From: Methanosarcinales archaeon
GTDB lineage: Bacteria; Omnitrophota; Gorgyraeia; Duberdicusellales; 4484-171
Assembly: GCA_048634245.1 (NCBI GenBank)
Contig: JAIWAR010000002.1
Span: 5,418-69,417, forward strand
Reading direction: 5' to 3'
Length of the DNA: 64,000 nt
Shown: positions 1 through 8,162 of the stretch, piece after piece
How the letters are laid out: every line of letters starts with the position of its first letter
Position numbering within the stretch: the stretch's first letter is position 1
The notes under the pieces: generated by a model
What the model was told of the DNA's origin: nothing
What the model saw: only the letters and a program-made list of their open reading frames with translations
Databases searched by the model: none
Position numbers and translations under genes: made by a program

Positions 1-2412
1 CTATAAAACACTATCGAATTCAGCAATTACCATAAATTCACCCTCTTCTGAATTTGGAATACTAATGGGATCGTAATCGGGATTTAAAGACAAAAGAGTT
101 ATTTCTTCATGTTTCCACGATCCATCGTCAAATACCTTTTTTTTGCTTGTATATTTTTTTACAGTATATTTTCCACCTGTTTCGGGATCAGAGATACCAT
201 TATGCTGCACTAAAACAATTTTGTTTTGCCTAGTTCCTTCTACCCCCCATCGAAAAATGCAAAAACTATCATTGGGTATTAGTGGTTCCATAGAATGACC
301 GATCACCTTTGCCACAAACATTCGTCGGTTTAGTTTTTTGCCAATATTTGCCTTAGCCCATCCTTCTTCGTGACTACTCATACCTCGCCCAAAATTACCA
401 GCAGCTGCTTCTAGTGAATAGACTGGTAAATACTCAGTATATTTAAGATGCTCTTCAATATCTTGCTCGATCTTGTAAATTAATTGATCTTCTGCTGCGA
501 CTAAATCAGAAAGTTTAAGGGCTTTTCCTTCATCTATCGGCGTTCCTTCAATACGTGACTTAAAAAACCTCTCTATATCTTTATTCATAAAATAGACATA
601 ACATCCTTTCATCCCGCGGCTAAGTAACACTCTATAAGTATTTTTTATGAGATCAATAAAACCTTCTTTTGAACGCTTTACCACATTGTCAGATGATTTA
701 TGGGGGTTACCCACCCATTCTTGATTATCAAAATCATAAACTAAATCTTCGCCAAAAATAACTCCGACATAATCAAATTCAAATCCTTGCGCAGTATAAA
801 TACACCCCACCTGATTTATTCCATTTGGGTCATATGCCCATAATGAAGCCTTGGGAATTCCCGGAGCTAACCTTCGCGCTTCTGGCTTTGCATCCCAGGG
901 GCGTTTATAATCGCCGATAACAACATCATCTTTTAAAGTTCCATCTTCATTCGGCATAGACCAATCCCAACAAAATCCAGCAGTCACGCGTCCCGTGAAC
1001 CCACTTTTTACTTTTTCCCTTATTGCAGCTTCTAATTCAAAAGGAGATGGGAATATTCTAAAATCAAACTCTTCATGCTGGTCCCAAATAACATTGGCTG
1101 TTCGCTGTATACCGAGTGTATTATTTATCCAATTAACAAAAGCATCTGACCCATTACATCGAAATTGTGCTGCTAATTCATATTCGAACATCTTACAACC
1201 TTCATCATTAGCCCATTTTTTAATGTAGCTTACAGAACCTATTTCGTTAGGCCTTACAACCTGTTTATCATCTATAAGAAATACCGCTACTTTAGATGTA
1301 TGCAATAACTCTTCTATCTGAGAGAATTCTGATCTTTGTGCACGAGGGGTAAAACGGCTGTTGCTTGTTTTACGTATTCTATGTGCCTCATCGGCTATCA
1401 AAACATCTATGATGTTAGGTTCAGCTTGTGCGTAGCTATTAAAATATTTAAATTGCACAGATCCACGCGAGCCAATAATCTTACGGAGCGTTTCCGTAAA
1501 TGCTCTAGACCCTGTTGCATAATGTGCATTAAATCCTTTGAGCGATAAGTCCGCCATAAGATTAATAGCTATTACTGATTTCCCCGTACCTGGGCCACCC
1601 TTAATTATTAAAACTGTTTTTTGTTTGTCTCGAAATCCTCTTTTTGCGCAAGAAAGCACTTTATCGTAAACGATTAGCTGTTCATCAAGCAAGATATATT
1701 CACTTTTTCCTTTTATTATATTACCTACGTGACCCATTAATTTTTTACTTGGCCGGTATTTGCTTTCTTCAACTCTTTTAAGAACGCTTAGCCCCTCACC
1801 TCTTGACATTTTACTAGCTAAATAATCTGCTAACTTATCTACATCATCAGCCGTAAATAAAGGGTACTTAGATAATACGGCAGAAAATTTATCTGAAAAT
1901 ATAACATCTTGATTATAGTAATTATAATTATGAAGATAAGCGCAGGCCCTTAATTTTACAGGATTGTAATCAGTATTAAAGGTGGTATGGGTATCTTGCA
2001 GATACATTTGATATTGACCAACTTGCACTGCTGGATGAAGCACCTCTCTTTTAGCTCCTCCAACCCATGTCAAAACTTCATTATCTCCGGCTGCTTCCTC
2101 ACATTTATCCCATTGTTTAAGCTCTACTATAACAGCATTATCTTCCTTGGAGTCATCTTTGCCACAAATCATACAATCTAATCTTTTTGAAGTTAACGGT
2201 AATTGATACTCTAAAATAACACCATGATCGAATAAGTTTGCATATTGAAAAACTTGAGAAATTGATCTTAGTGAATTACGCCAAGAATTGACTTCTGCCG
2301 GGGCCGGGTTGTAGCGGAAATAATTGAAAAATGCAAGTTTTAGCTTTTCGGCAATTTGATTCTGAATGGTATCATCTATAAACTGCTGAGAGCTTCCTGA
2401 ATAAAGTCTCAT
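1..2412 (-). CDS. Three-module protein: N-terminal PD-(D/E)xK-like nuclease domain, DUF2075 / Schlafen-like SF1-type P-loop ATPase (Nhi-like nuclease-helicase architecture), and C-terminal LexA/UmuD-type S24 serine peptidase domain
   Basis: Walker A GGPGTGKSV and Walker B-like VLIADEAHR. N-terminal D..ExK (RLDCMICGKDD...VIVELKQW). The C-terminal 106 aa align to LexA: GHSMEP (Ser), GGKYTVKKY (Lys), LNPDYDPISI. An AAG candidate cleavage site lies 35 residues before the Ser. The stop codon is at positions 1-3, so the gene is complete. Confidence 0.75.
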   Translation of the reverse strand: MRLYSGSSQQFIDDTIQNQIAEKLKLAFFNYFRYNPAPAEVNSWRNSLRSISQVFQYANLFDHGVILEYQLPLTSKRLDCMICGKDDSKEDNAVIVELKQWDKCEEAAGDNEVLTWVGGAKREVLHPAVQVGQYQMYLQDTHTTFNTDYNPVKLRACAYLHNYNYYNQDVIFSDKFSAVLSKYPLFTADDVDKLADYLASKMSRGEGLSVLKRVEESKYRPSKKLMGHVGNIIKGKSEYILLDEQLIVYDKVLSCAKRGFRDKQKTVLIIKGGPGTGKSVIAINLMADLSLKGFNAHYATGSRAFTETLRKIIGSRGSVQFKYFNSYAQAEPNIIDVLIADEAHRIRKTSNSRFTPRAQRSEFSQIEELLHTSKVAVFLIDDKQVVRPNEIGSVSYIKKWANDEGCKMFEYELAAQFRCNGSDAFVNWINNTLGIQRTANVIWDQHEEFDFRIFPSPFELEAAIREKVKSGFTGRVTAGFCWDWSMPNEDGTLKDDVVIGDYKRPWDAKPEARRLAPGIPKASLWAYDPNGINQVGCIYTAQGFEFDYVGVIFGEDLVYDFDNQEWVGNPHKSSDNVVKRSKEGFIDLIKNTYRVLLSRGMKGCYVYFMNKDIERFFKSRIEGTPIDEGKALKLSDLVAAEDQLIYKIEQDIEEHLKYTEYLPVYSLEAAAGNFGRGMSSHEEGWAKANIGKKLNRRMFVAKVIGHSMEPLIPNDSFCIFRWGVEGTRQNKIVLVQHNGISDPETGGKYTVKKYTSKKKVFDDGSWKHEEITLLSLNPDYDPISIPNSEEGEFMVIAEFDSVL

Positions 2413-2756
2413 AATTTATTATACTTAGTATGCTTTCCTCTAGCCTTTTCTACAGGATATTTCTTTTCATTTTTTGCTAATTTTTTTTCCATAGCACTAA
2501 TTAAATCTATACTTAGATTATCAGCTAGCTCAAAAAGATATAAAGCAATATCAGCTATCTCATCTTTAATTTCATCATGATTCTGCCTTGCGTATTCCTC
2601 CACCTCTTCAATAGTTTTCCACTGAAAATGCTCTAACAACTCAGAAGCTTCAAGAATGATTGAGACAGCCATATTTTTAGGATCATGGAATTGCATCCAG
2701 TCCCGGTCATCTCGAAATTTTTTAATTCTTTCAGTTATATTTTCTACGTCACTCAT
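2409..2756 (-). CDS. MazG-like all-alpha nucleoside triphosphate pyrophosphohydrolase (COG1694 type)
   Basis: FRDDRDWMQFHDPKN...EASELLEHFQW...EIADIALYLFELADNLSIDL...KNEKKYPV matches the MazG/YpjD EExxE and DxxLY motifs. It overlaps the downstream gene by 4 bp (ATGA). Confidence 0.8.
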   Translation of the reverse strand: MSDVENITERIKKFRDDRDWMQFHDPKNMAVSIILEASELLEHFQWKTIEEVEEYARQNHDEIKDEIADIALYLFELADNLSIDLISAMEKKLAKNEKKYPVEKARGKHTKYNKL

Positions 2757-2868
2757 AAAAAACCCCCATTTTAATTAGAGTAGCACTATAGAAATTCCGA
2801 AGACGGTTCACTTAATTACCGAAAAAGAAATTACCCTCTTTATGTTAATAATATATTTAACTTCCCCC

Positions 2869-3069
2869 TTATAATTTTCTCCCCACTAACTTATCCAAAC
2901 TAACCCCAAACACATCTGAAAGTTTAATCAATGTCTTCAAGGTGGGATGTTTCGCTAACCCTTGTTCTATCTTGGTAATCGCATTAAAAGAAAGGCCTGC
3001 TTTCTCAGCAAGTTTTTGCTGAGACCATTCTTTTTGTTTGCGAAATTTCTTTACTCTTCCTGCTAACAT
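2869..3069 (-). CDS. XRE-family (Cro/CI-type) HTH transcriptional regulator
   Basis: QQKLAEKAGLSFNAITKIEQG is the typical XRE HTH; 66 aa. Confidence 0.8.
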   Translation of the reverse strand: MLAGRVKKFRKQKEWSQQKLAEKAGLSFNAITKIEQGLAKHPTLKTLIKLSDVFGVSLDKLVGRKL

Positions 3070-3192
3070 CTTACTTGACCTATTACTACTTTTGTGGTAT
3101 TACTTCTATAGCACTACTTTTGCCATATTTTAGTTAGGCTATTCTACCACTTTGATAGACTTTGAAAAAGAAAAATTTCGGAGATAAAACCT

Positions 3193-3390
3193 ATGCTCTG
3201 GTTCCTAAGCAATTTCCTCCACCCCTACCTCAAACCTAAATACATCTGGGTTAAGGTGCGGATACGGTATGAGACTGAAAAGGCTATTCTTGTATTATGT
3301 AAAGGAGCGAAAGTTTGGCTTCCTAAATCGCGGATAGACAAGATAAAGTTTAAGAGAGGAGTGTTTTGGATTTATGTGCAGATGTTTTGA
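3193..3390 (+). CDS. Small basic hypothetical protein (65 aa), divergent from the XRE gene
   Basis: ORF with GGAG about 10 nt upstream of the ATG. No recognisable domain. Confidence 0.25.
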   Translation: MLWFLSNFLHPYLKPKYIWVKVRIRYETEKAILVLCKGAKVWLPKSRIDKIKFKRGVFWIYVQMF

Positions 3391-3542
3391 TGTTGGGTGG
3401 GCACGGTTTGGGCACAACCCAAAAAGCTTAATTTCCCTTTTTTAGAAATCATTTTTTAATTATTTTTAGTTTCTTTAGAAAAAAATACGTAACCAATTGA
3501 TTTTCAATAGGTTAAAGATTTGAAAAAAACACACCTCCCCCT

Positions 3543-3571
3543 TGACACCGAGACTCGATATGTTATATTTA
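3543..3571 (+). promoter_or_regulatory. Near-consensus sigma70 promoter, TTGACA-N16-TGtTATATT (extended -10), reading into the 3' end of the minus-strand NYN gene
   Basis: ttgacaccgagactcgatatgttatatt read directly. Confidence 0.35.
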
Positions 3572-3595
3572 CTACGCAGGCTAGAAATAGACCTG

Positions 3596-4300
3596 CTAAC
3601 TCACGCGGTCCCGTTCGAAAGAGCGGGATTTTCGCATTTTAGGGCCTTGATACCAGTGCCCAAAATTTACAAATTTAGTTAAAACCCCCCACAGTTCTTT
3701 TGCGACTTGGCCTCTCACTCCAAAAACATAAATATTTTTACCTTTTAGTTTTAACCGATTGAGGGGTTCCTTGAAGTCTGAATCACCAGAAAAAAGTAAA
3801 ACACCAGACACCCTATCCACCACATCTAACATATCGAGTGCGATTTCTACATCAAAATTACACTTTGGTTCTTCTATCACAACCTTTTGGCTTTGAAGAT
3901 ATTCAATTAGCTCGTCCAACTTAGAATGTGCATTGCCATCAAAGAGTTCAAGAGTCCCGGATTTAACGAATAATTTTCTAGTTATTTTTTTCTTAATCCA
4001 TTTCACAGGCTTATTAATTACAATTGCTCCTTTACTTCTTAATACTTTATGGAAATTTTCAGATTTTTTGAAATCGCGATAGTTTACCCCGTAATATATA
4101 CGGATTTCCTTTAATGCAGTTATTTTAAATAACTGCTTAATAACAAAATAGATTGAAAATTTCCATTTTAAGCTATCTTGCCAACCAAACATATTGCTTA
4201 AATCGAGATATGCAATAAGGCTGGTTTCCCTAAAAAACTCATAAGTCTTATTTCTTTCCATTATATATGTTTTTGAAATTCCGAAATTCCGGTGACACAA
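3596..4300 (-). CDS. NYN-domain (LabA-like) putative RNase
   Basis: VLLFSGDSDF motif and conserved upstream D residues of NYN/LabA. The start may be the internal MERNKTY at about 4261. Confidence 0.7.
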   Translation of the reverse strand: MCHRNFGISKTYIMERNKTYEFFRETSLIAYLDLSNMFGWQDSLKWKFSIYFVIKQLFKITALKEIRIYYGVNYRDFKKSENFHKVLRSKGAIVINKPVKWIKKKITRKLFVKSGTLELFDGNAHSKLDELIEYLQSQKVVIEEPKCNFDVEIALDMLDVVDRVSGVLLFSGDSDFKEPLNRLKLKGKNIYVFGVRGQVAKELWGVLTKFVNFGHWYQGPKMRKSRSFERDRVS

Positions 4301-4368
4301 TACTTAATTGTACAAATTCCGTGGAATTCAGTGAAAAACTACCGTCAGATATAATAAACTCCTTATTC

Positions 4369-5349
4369 CTATGAATTTAGTTCTTTCTCTAATCCCTCTA
4401 TCACACCCAAAAGCTCATCAAAATTCGGGTATTCACCAAATATCATCTGCTCCATGTCAGCGTAATCTTTCCTTAATGCACCTGTTAAAGATTCATTTGG
4501 CATTAAAGCAAAAGTGCCTGGTCTCGCAAGATCATCTCTTGCCCAAGAACTTGGAAAGAATTGCTTCTTAAATGTTACTACCTGTTCACAAAGAACCAAA
4601 TCAATAATAGCCGAATCTTTAATACCTTTTTTACACATCATCACAACATCATAGTAATGACGCGAATACCTATCTCTTGATTGTTTACCCGCTGAACGAT
4701 GATGTTCTTGATGCAATATCAGCACTTTTTCCCAAAATGTTCTCTCAGCCTTTATTGCATGTACACTTACCATAGGATCAGAAAACACACCTGGAAATTC
4801 TTCTGCCGCATACGGCTTTATATTATAGAAAGCATTTGGCTTCCATGCTGATCTAGGGCCTATTTCCAAAAAAATACGGTCCTGAATATATTTATCTGTA
4901 AAACTAGACGGATACTTAATAAATATTTTTGCGGTATCACCAGAGGTATTGATATCCAAGACACACAGGTCGCCAACAAGATCCTTAACTATCTGATAAA
5001 TCGTATCTTCAACAAATTTACACGACTTTTGTTTAAGTTCGGCATGCCAAGATTTCTTAGCTTTACCAGAAGTCCCTTCAGGAAGCTGACTCATCTGCAA
5101 AAGATTCCAATTCAGTACAAGATCAATGTCTTCTGAGAATCGCTCTATTACATTAAATACCTTTGAAAGGCTTGTCCCTCCCTTAAACATGATATTCTTA
5201 GAAAACATAGAATGTCTATACAGCTTCTGAAGGACCCAACATGCCCAGAAGTCCTTTTCTATAATTATTTCTCTTACCCCACGCTTTGCAGCACACTCGT
5301 GAAATATATCCGCACGCTGTTTAGGTGGCATCCTTGCAACTTTATTCAA
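4369..5349 (-). CDS. abiEii: AbiEii/AbiGii-family nucleotidyltransferase toxin (DUF1814)
   Basis: N-terminal IEKDFWACWVL signature; length about 320 aa. It overlaps the upstream AbiEi-like gene by 8 bp. Confidence 0.75.
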   Translation of the reverse strand: MNKVARMPPKQRADIFHECAAKRGVREIIIEKDFWACWVLQKLYRHSMFSKNIMFKGGTSLSKVFNVIERFSEDIDLVLNWNLLQMSQLPEGTSGKAKKSWHAELKQKSCKFVEDTIYQIVKDLVGDLCVLDINTSGDTAKIFIKYPSSFTDKYIQDRIFLEIGPRSAWKPNAFYNIKPYAAEEFPGVFSDPMVSVHAIKAERTFWEKVLILHQEHHRSAGKQSRDRYSRHYYDVVMMCKKGIKDSAIIDLVLCEQVVTFKKQFFPSSWARDDLARPGTFALMPNESLTGALRKDYADMEQMIFGEYPNFDELLGVIEGLEKELNS

Positions 5350-5953
5350 TCTTATCTCCTAGTATATACTTGATATTATCATATACACTTCCTGACATAC
5401 CCTTAAAGTCTTTAGATATATTGTTTAGCTCATCATCACTAAAATATGATTTCATTTTAAGCAAATCATCATTACTAATATCCCCCGGCAAGAGCCCCTT
5501 AATAGCCTGCACAAGCAGAGCTGTCTCAGGATACTTAACCGCCATATCTCTTTTAAGTTGATGCTTGAACACAAGTTTTGTTTTACCTATCTTATACTTG
5601 CGATGCGGACCATCTGAATAATAAATAACTCTGCTGGGGACCTGAGCAGAAATACCAAGTATATTTAAAGCAGTATCACTTGAAGGATGTATATTCCAGC
5701 CGCATTTACGCGCAATAGCATCAGCGACCTTTGATATAGCCGGACTAATATATTGTTTAAGGATATCGCTATAAGAAGGATAATCATAGATTCCTGTCAT
5801 AACCCTTCTGATATTACCCTTCTTGTAAAGACGCACTAAAGCCTGACGCACAGCATCTCGTGATGCGATATCCCTGAAATCCACTGCAGAGAAAGCCCAA
5901 GACTTCTTTTTTGAACAAATTTTCCTAAATATTTTATCTTCAATACTATACAT
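5342..5953 (-). CDS. abiEi: AbiEi-family type IV antitoxin / transcriptional autoregulator
   Basis: About 200 aa, immediately upstream of and overlapping AbiEii. Direct-repeat operator-like sites lie just upstream. Confidence 0.6.
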   Translation of the reverse strand: MYSIEDKIFRKICSKKKSWAFSAVDFRDIASRDAVRQALVRLYKKGNIRRVMTGIYDYPSYSDILKQYISPAISKVADAIARKCGWNIHPSSDTALNILGISAQVPSRVIYYSDGPHRKYKIGKTKLVFKHQLKRDMAVKYPETALLVQAIKGLLPGDISNDDLLKMKSYFSDDELNNISKDFKGMSGSVYDNIKYILGDKIE

Positions 5954-5969
5954 ATGCCATATTATACAC

Positions 5970-6016
5970 TTTTGTCACAGAAATTTCAACTTTTTTGTGA
6001 CATTTTGTCACAGAAA
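5970..6016. promoter_or_regulatory. Candidate AbiEi operator: TTTTGTCACAGAAA twice (5970-5983 and 6003-6016), plus a TTTTGTGACA variant between them
   Basis: Repeats read directly, 17-63 bp upstream of the abiEi start codon (5953). Confidence 0.45.
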
Positions 6017-6104
6017 GCAATAGACCTCCATGGATATTACCAAAGCTCAATTCACTGTAATATATAACAAAAACCTTTGTACAATCATGGATTTACGGTT
6101 GACA

Positions 6105-6194
6105 ATTCACAGGAAAAGTGGTATATTTTTTGCAAAAACCATAAAAACATTCAAAATTAACTAAAACAAAAAATATACCACTTTTCCTGTGAAT
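6105..6194. repeat. Perfect 27-bp inverted repeat (attcacaggaaaagtggtatatttttt / aaaaaatataccacttttcctgtgaat) around a 36-nt AT-rich loop
   Basis: Arms at 6105-6131 and 6168-6194 are exact reverse complements. It lies between the PLD-family gene stop (6239) and the abiEi upstream region. Confidence 0.9.
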
Positions 6195-6238
6195 ACAATT
6201 CTTTTTTAAATTTCTACCTATTATCAAATCTTCTCTAC

Positions 6239-7411
6239 TCAATCACCATACTCGCGTAAATCATTAAATGCAGCTTTGATAGTTGATACATTGACATTAA
6301 AACGTTTAGCAAGGGCAGATTTTGATATGGAATATAAGTCTTTTCCTTCATCTTTAAGCAGTGCCTCGATTATACGAAGAAATTTTAAGCGCATAGTCAA
6401 CGCGCTTTTGTTTGTTCTAATAATAGACCTGGTGGGTATACTGAATTGAGATTGCTTCGCTTCGCTCGCAATGACGATAGGCTTCAGTGCTACAACAGCA
6501 TCTCTTCCAAAAACAAACTTTACGTTAATAAGATGATAGCGATTTTGTAGTTTTTTTAAGGTTTTAATTACTTGCCGCCTCAAAGCGCTATATGTCCATG
6601 AATCAGGCATGCCTAAACTTAAAGCCATAGCTTCTAAACTTATTAAAAATTCCTGTTTGCCGGTAGTCTGACTATGAGCTAAAAGTAATAGATAAAGATC
6701 CATAGCGCGTTCACCAGAGCTGGTAACCATACGAGAAAGATATTTTTTATTCAAAAGAAACTCTTTGGGAACAGATAAGCTTTTAGGCAGATTTTCCATA
6801 TAGGCCGGAATATAATGTCTTTTATCACGCGGCGCAGAAGATATAAGAAGGTTTTTAAGGCGTGATAGTTTTACTTGGGCTAAGTCCGGAGAATCGATCA
6901 GCGTAGAAGATTCAAAATTATTCTTCAGCGCTGAAATAGACCAATTAGCGCTGCCTTCAACTACATATCGACTATCAACCACTATAAGTTTATCATGAAG
7001 CCTGCGATTAGAGGGTATAAAATGAATGACAACTCCGGTATTTTCTAATTTCTTAAAAATAGAGCTCTTGATAAAAGGGTTCTCGCCTTTGTCAGAATCT
7101 CTGAAGCGGGTATTAAGATATAGTGTAACTTTAACGCCTCTTTCTCTTGCTTCCAACAAATCGTTAAGCAAAAGCCTTATCGGATTCCTAGTCTTTGTTC
7201 CCAGACTTATACTATATATAGAAATAACTATGGAATTTTGCGCATTATCTAAAAGCTGAATTACAGCTTCTTCGTAACTACGATCAGATATATCTTTTAC
7301 TTTGGCAGAATGAAATGTTTCTTCAAAATCACTGGAGTAAACAGAAGCAGCTAGAATAAAAGTAAAAAAGCCGAGGCTAACCCATGATGAAAGGAATTTT
7401 CGTCTACACAT
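6239..7411 (-). CDS. Secreted phospholipase-D (HKD) family nuclease-like protein with a roughly 190-aa C-terminal HTH-like extension
   Basis: Signal peptide MCRRKFLSSWVSLGFFTFILAASVYS. A single HKD motif HDKLIVVDSRYVVEGSANWS. The C-terminal region has HTH-like segments (ISKSALAKRFNVNVSTIKAAFNDL). Confidence 0.7.
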   Translation of the reverse strand: MCRRKFLSSWVSLGFFTFILAASVYSSDFEETFHSAKVKDISDRSYEEAVIQLLDNAQNSIVISIYSISLGTKTRNPIRLLLNDLLEARERGVKVTLYLNTRFRDSDKGENPFIKSSIFKKLENTGVVIHFIPSNRRLHDKLIVVDSRYVVEGSANWSISALKNNFESSTLIDSPDLAQVKLSRLKNLLISSAPRDKRHYIPAYMENLPKSLSVPKEFLLNKKYLSRMVTSSGERAMDLYLLLLAHSQTTGKQEFLISLEAMALSLGMPDSWTYSALRRQVIKTLKKLQNRYHLINVKFVFGRDAVVALKPIVIASEAKQSQFSIPTRSIIRTNKSALTMRLKFLRIIEALLKDEGKDLYSISKSALAKRFNVNVSTIKAAFNDLREYGD

Positions 7412-7414
7412 CAG

Positions 7415-7512
7415 TAAATATTATAGCAGGAAGGTGAAACTTGGAAAGAAACTTAGTCAACAGGAATATTTAAAACAATTTTCAATAATTAAGTGCGTGT
7501 CTCCAGAACCCC
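7415..7512. repeat. Copy A of a roughly 98-bp promoter/5'-leader cassette, upstream of the PLD-family gene
   Basis: About 93% identical to 8469-8566. On the minus strand it ends in TATAAT plus 8 nt plus ATG. Confidence 0.85.
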
Positions 7513-8013
7513 TTATTCCAACTTTGTCCGCTTTGGTATATTACCATTTTTGAAATGCTTATCGAGCCAGCCATTTTTCACATTTTCTCTTGAATCAAAA
7601 TGCGAAACATAGGGTTTAATATCTAACAAAGGTGTACCATCTAATATATCAACCTCTGAAAACGTAATAATATTACTCTCTACTTTTTCCAATTTCACAA
7701 TAGAAAACCCAATATGATTCGGCCTCATCGGACTCCTAATTGCAAATATCCCGTGTGATTCATCTTCAAGGAAGGGTCTGCCGATAAGCTTCTCATCTTT
7801 AGATCTATCAAAATAATAGATTAAAATAATATGAGAAAATCCTTCTATATCTTTAAGGCCCTGCCGATACTCTGAAAATAGCTCAGCCTGGCCAGTAACG
7901 CCTTTTTCAAATCTACCTTGGATAGGTATACCCTTTGGTTCTTTATATGGCGTATGAATTATGCCTATTGGTTTCAATTTTATCTCTTTTTCCATATTAC
8001 ATCCAACATCCAA
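7513..8013 (-). CDS. tsaA: tRNA (adenine37-N6)-methyltransferase TsaA (YaeB/UPF0066 family)
   Basis: IGIIHTPYKEPKGIPIQG...AIRSPMRPNHIGFS...LDGTPLLDIKPY are conserved TsaA motifs. The start is probably MEKEIKL at 7995. Confidence 0.75.
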   Translation of the reverse strand: MDVGCNMEKEIKLKPIGIIHTPYKEPKGIPIQGRFEKGVTGQAELFSEYRQGLKDIEGFSHIILIYYFDRSKDEKLIGRPFLEDESHGIFAIRSPMRPNHIGFSIVKLEKVESNIITFSEVDILDGTPLLDIKPYVSHFDSRENVKNGWLDKHFKNGNIPKRTKLE

Positions 8014-8162
8014 ACGTCTTTACGAAAATCTTCATAGAATATCTCCTGACGTTTGGGTGTCACATCCGAGCCGCTTCGGGTTAAAAGTTACGCAGCGGAG
8101 CGGAGTAAGATTTAACCCGATATATAGGCGGCCGGATGAAATCAGTTTGCTTCTATTATCTC

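Noticed and set aside
995-2181. Plus-strand ORFs (995-1228, 1336-1548, 1987-2181) inside the 803-aa gene
   Set aside because: They lie antisense within a well-supported long CDS, are low-complexity, and have no RBS.
3596-3660. tRNA-like GTTCGAA sequence (cccgttcgaaagagcggg), which would be a possible island integration site
   Set aside because: The loop is 10 nt rather than the 7-nt T-loop, and no acceptor, D or anticodon arms can be folded. The segment lies inside the NYN ORF's 3' end.
6105-6194. Interpretation of the 27-bp inverted repeat as the intrinsic terminator of the PLD-family gene
   Set aside because: On the minus strand no U-tract follows the stem, and the 36-nt loop is atypical. 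It is kept as a repeat or regulatory element of unknown role instead.
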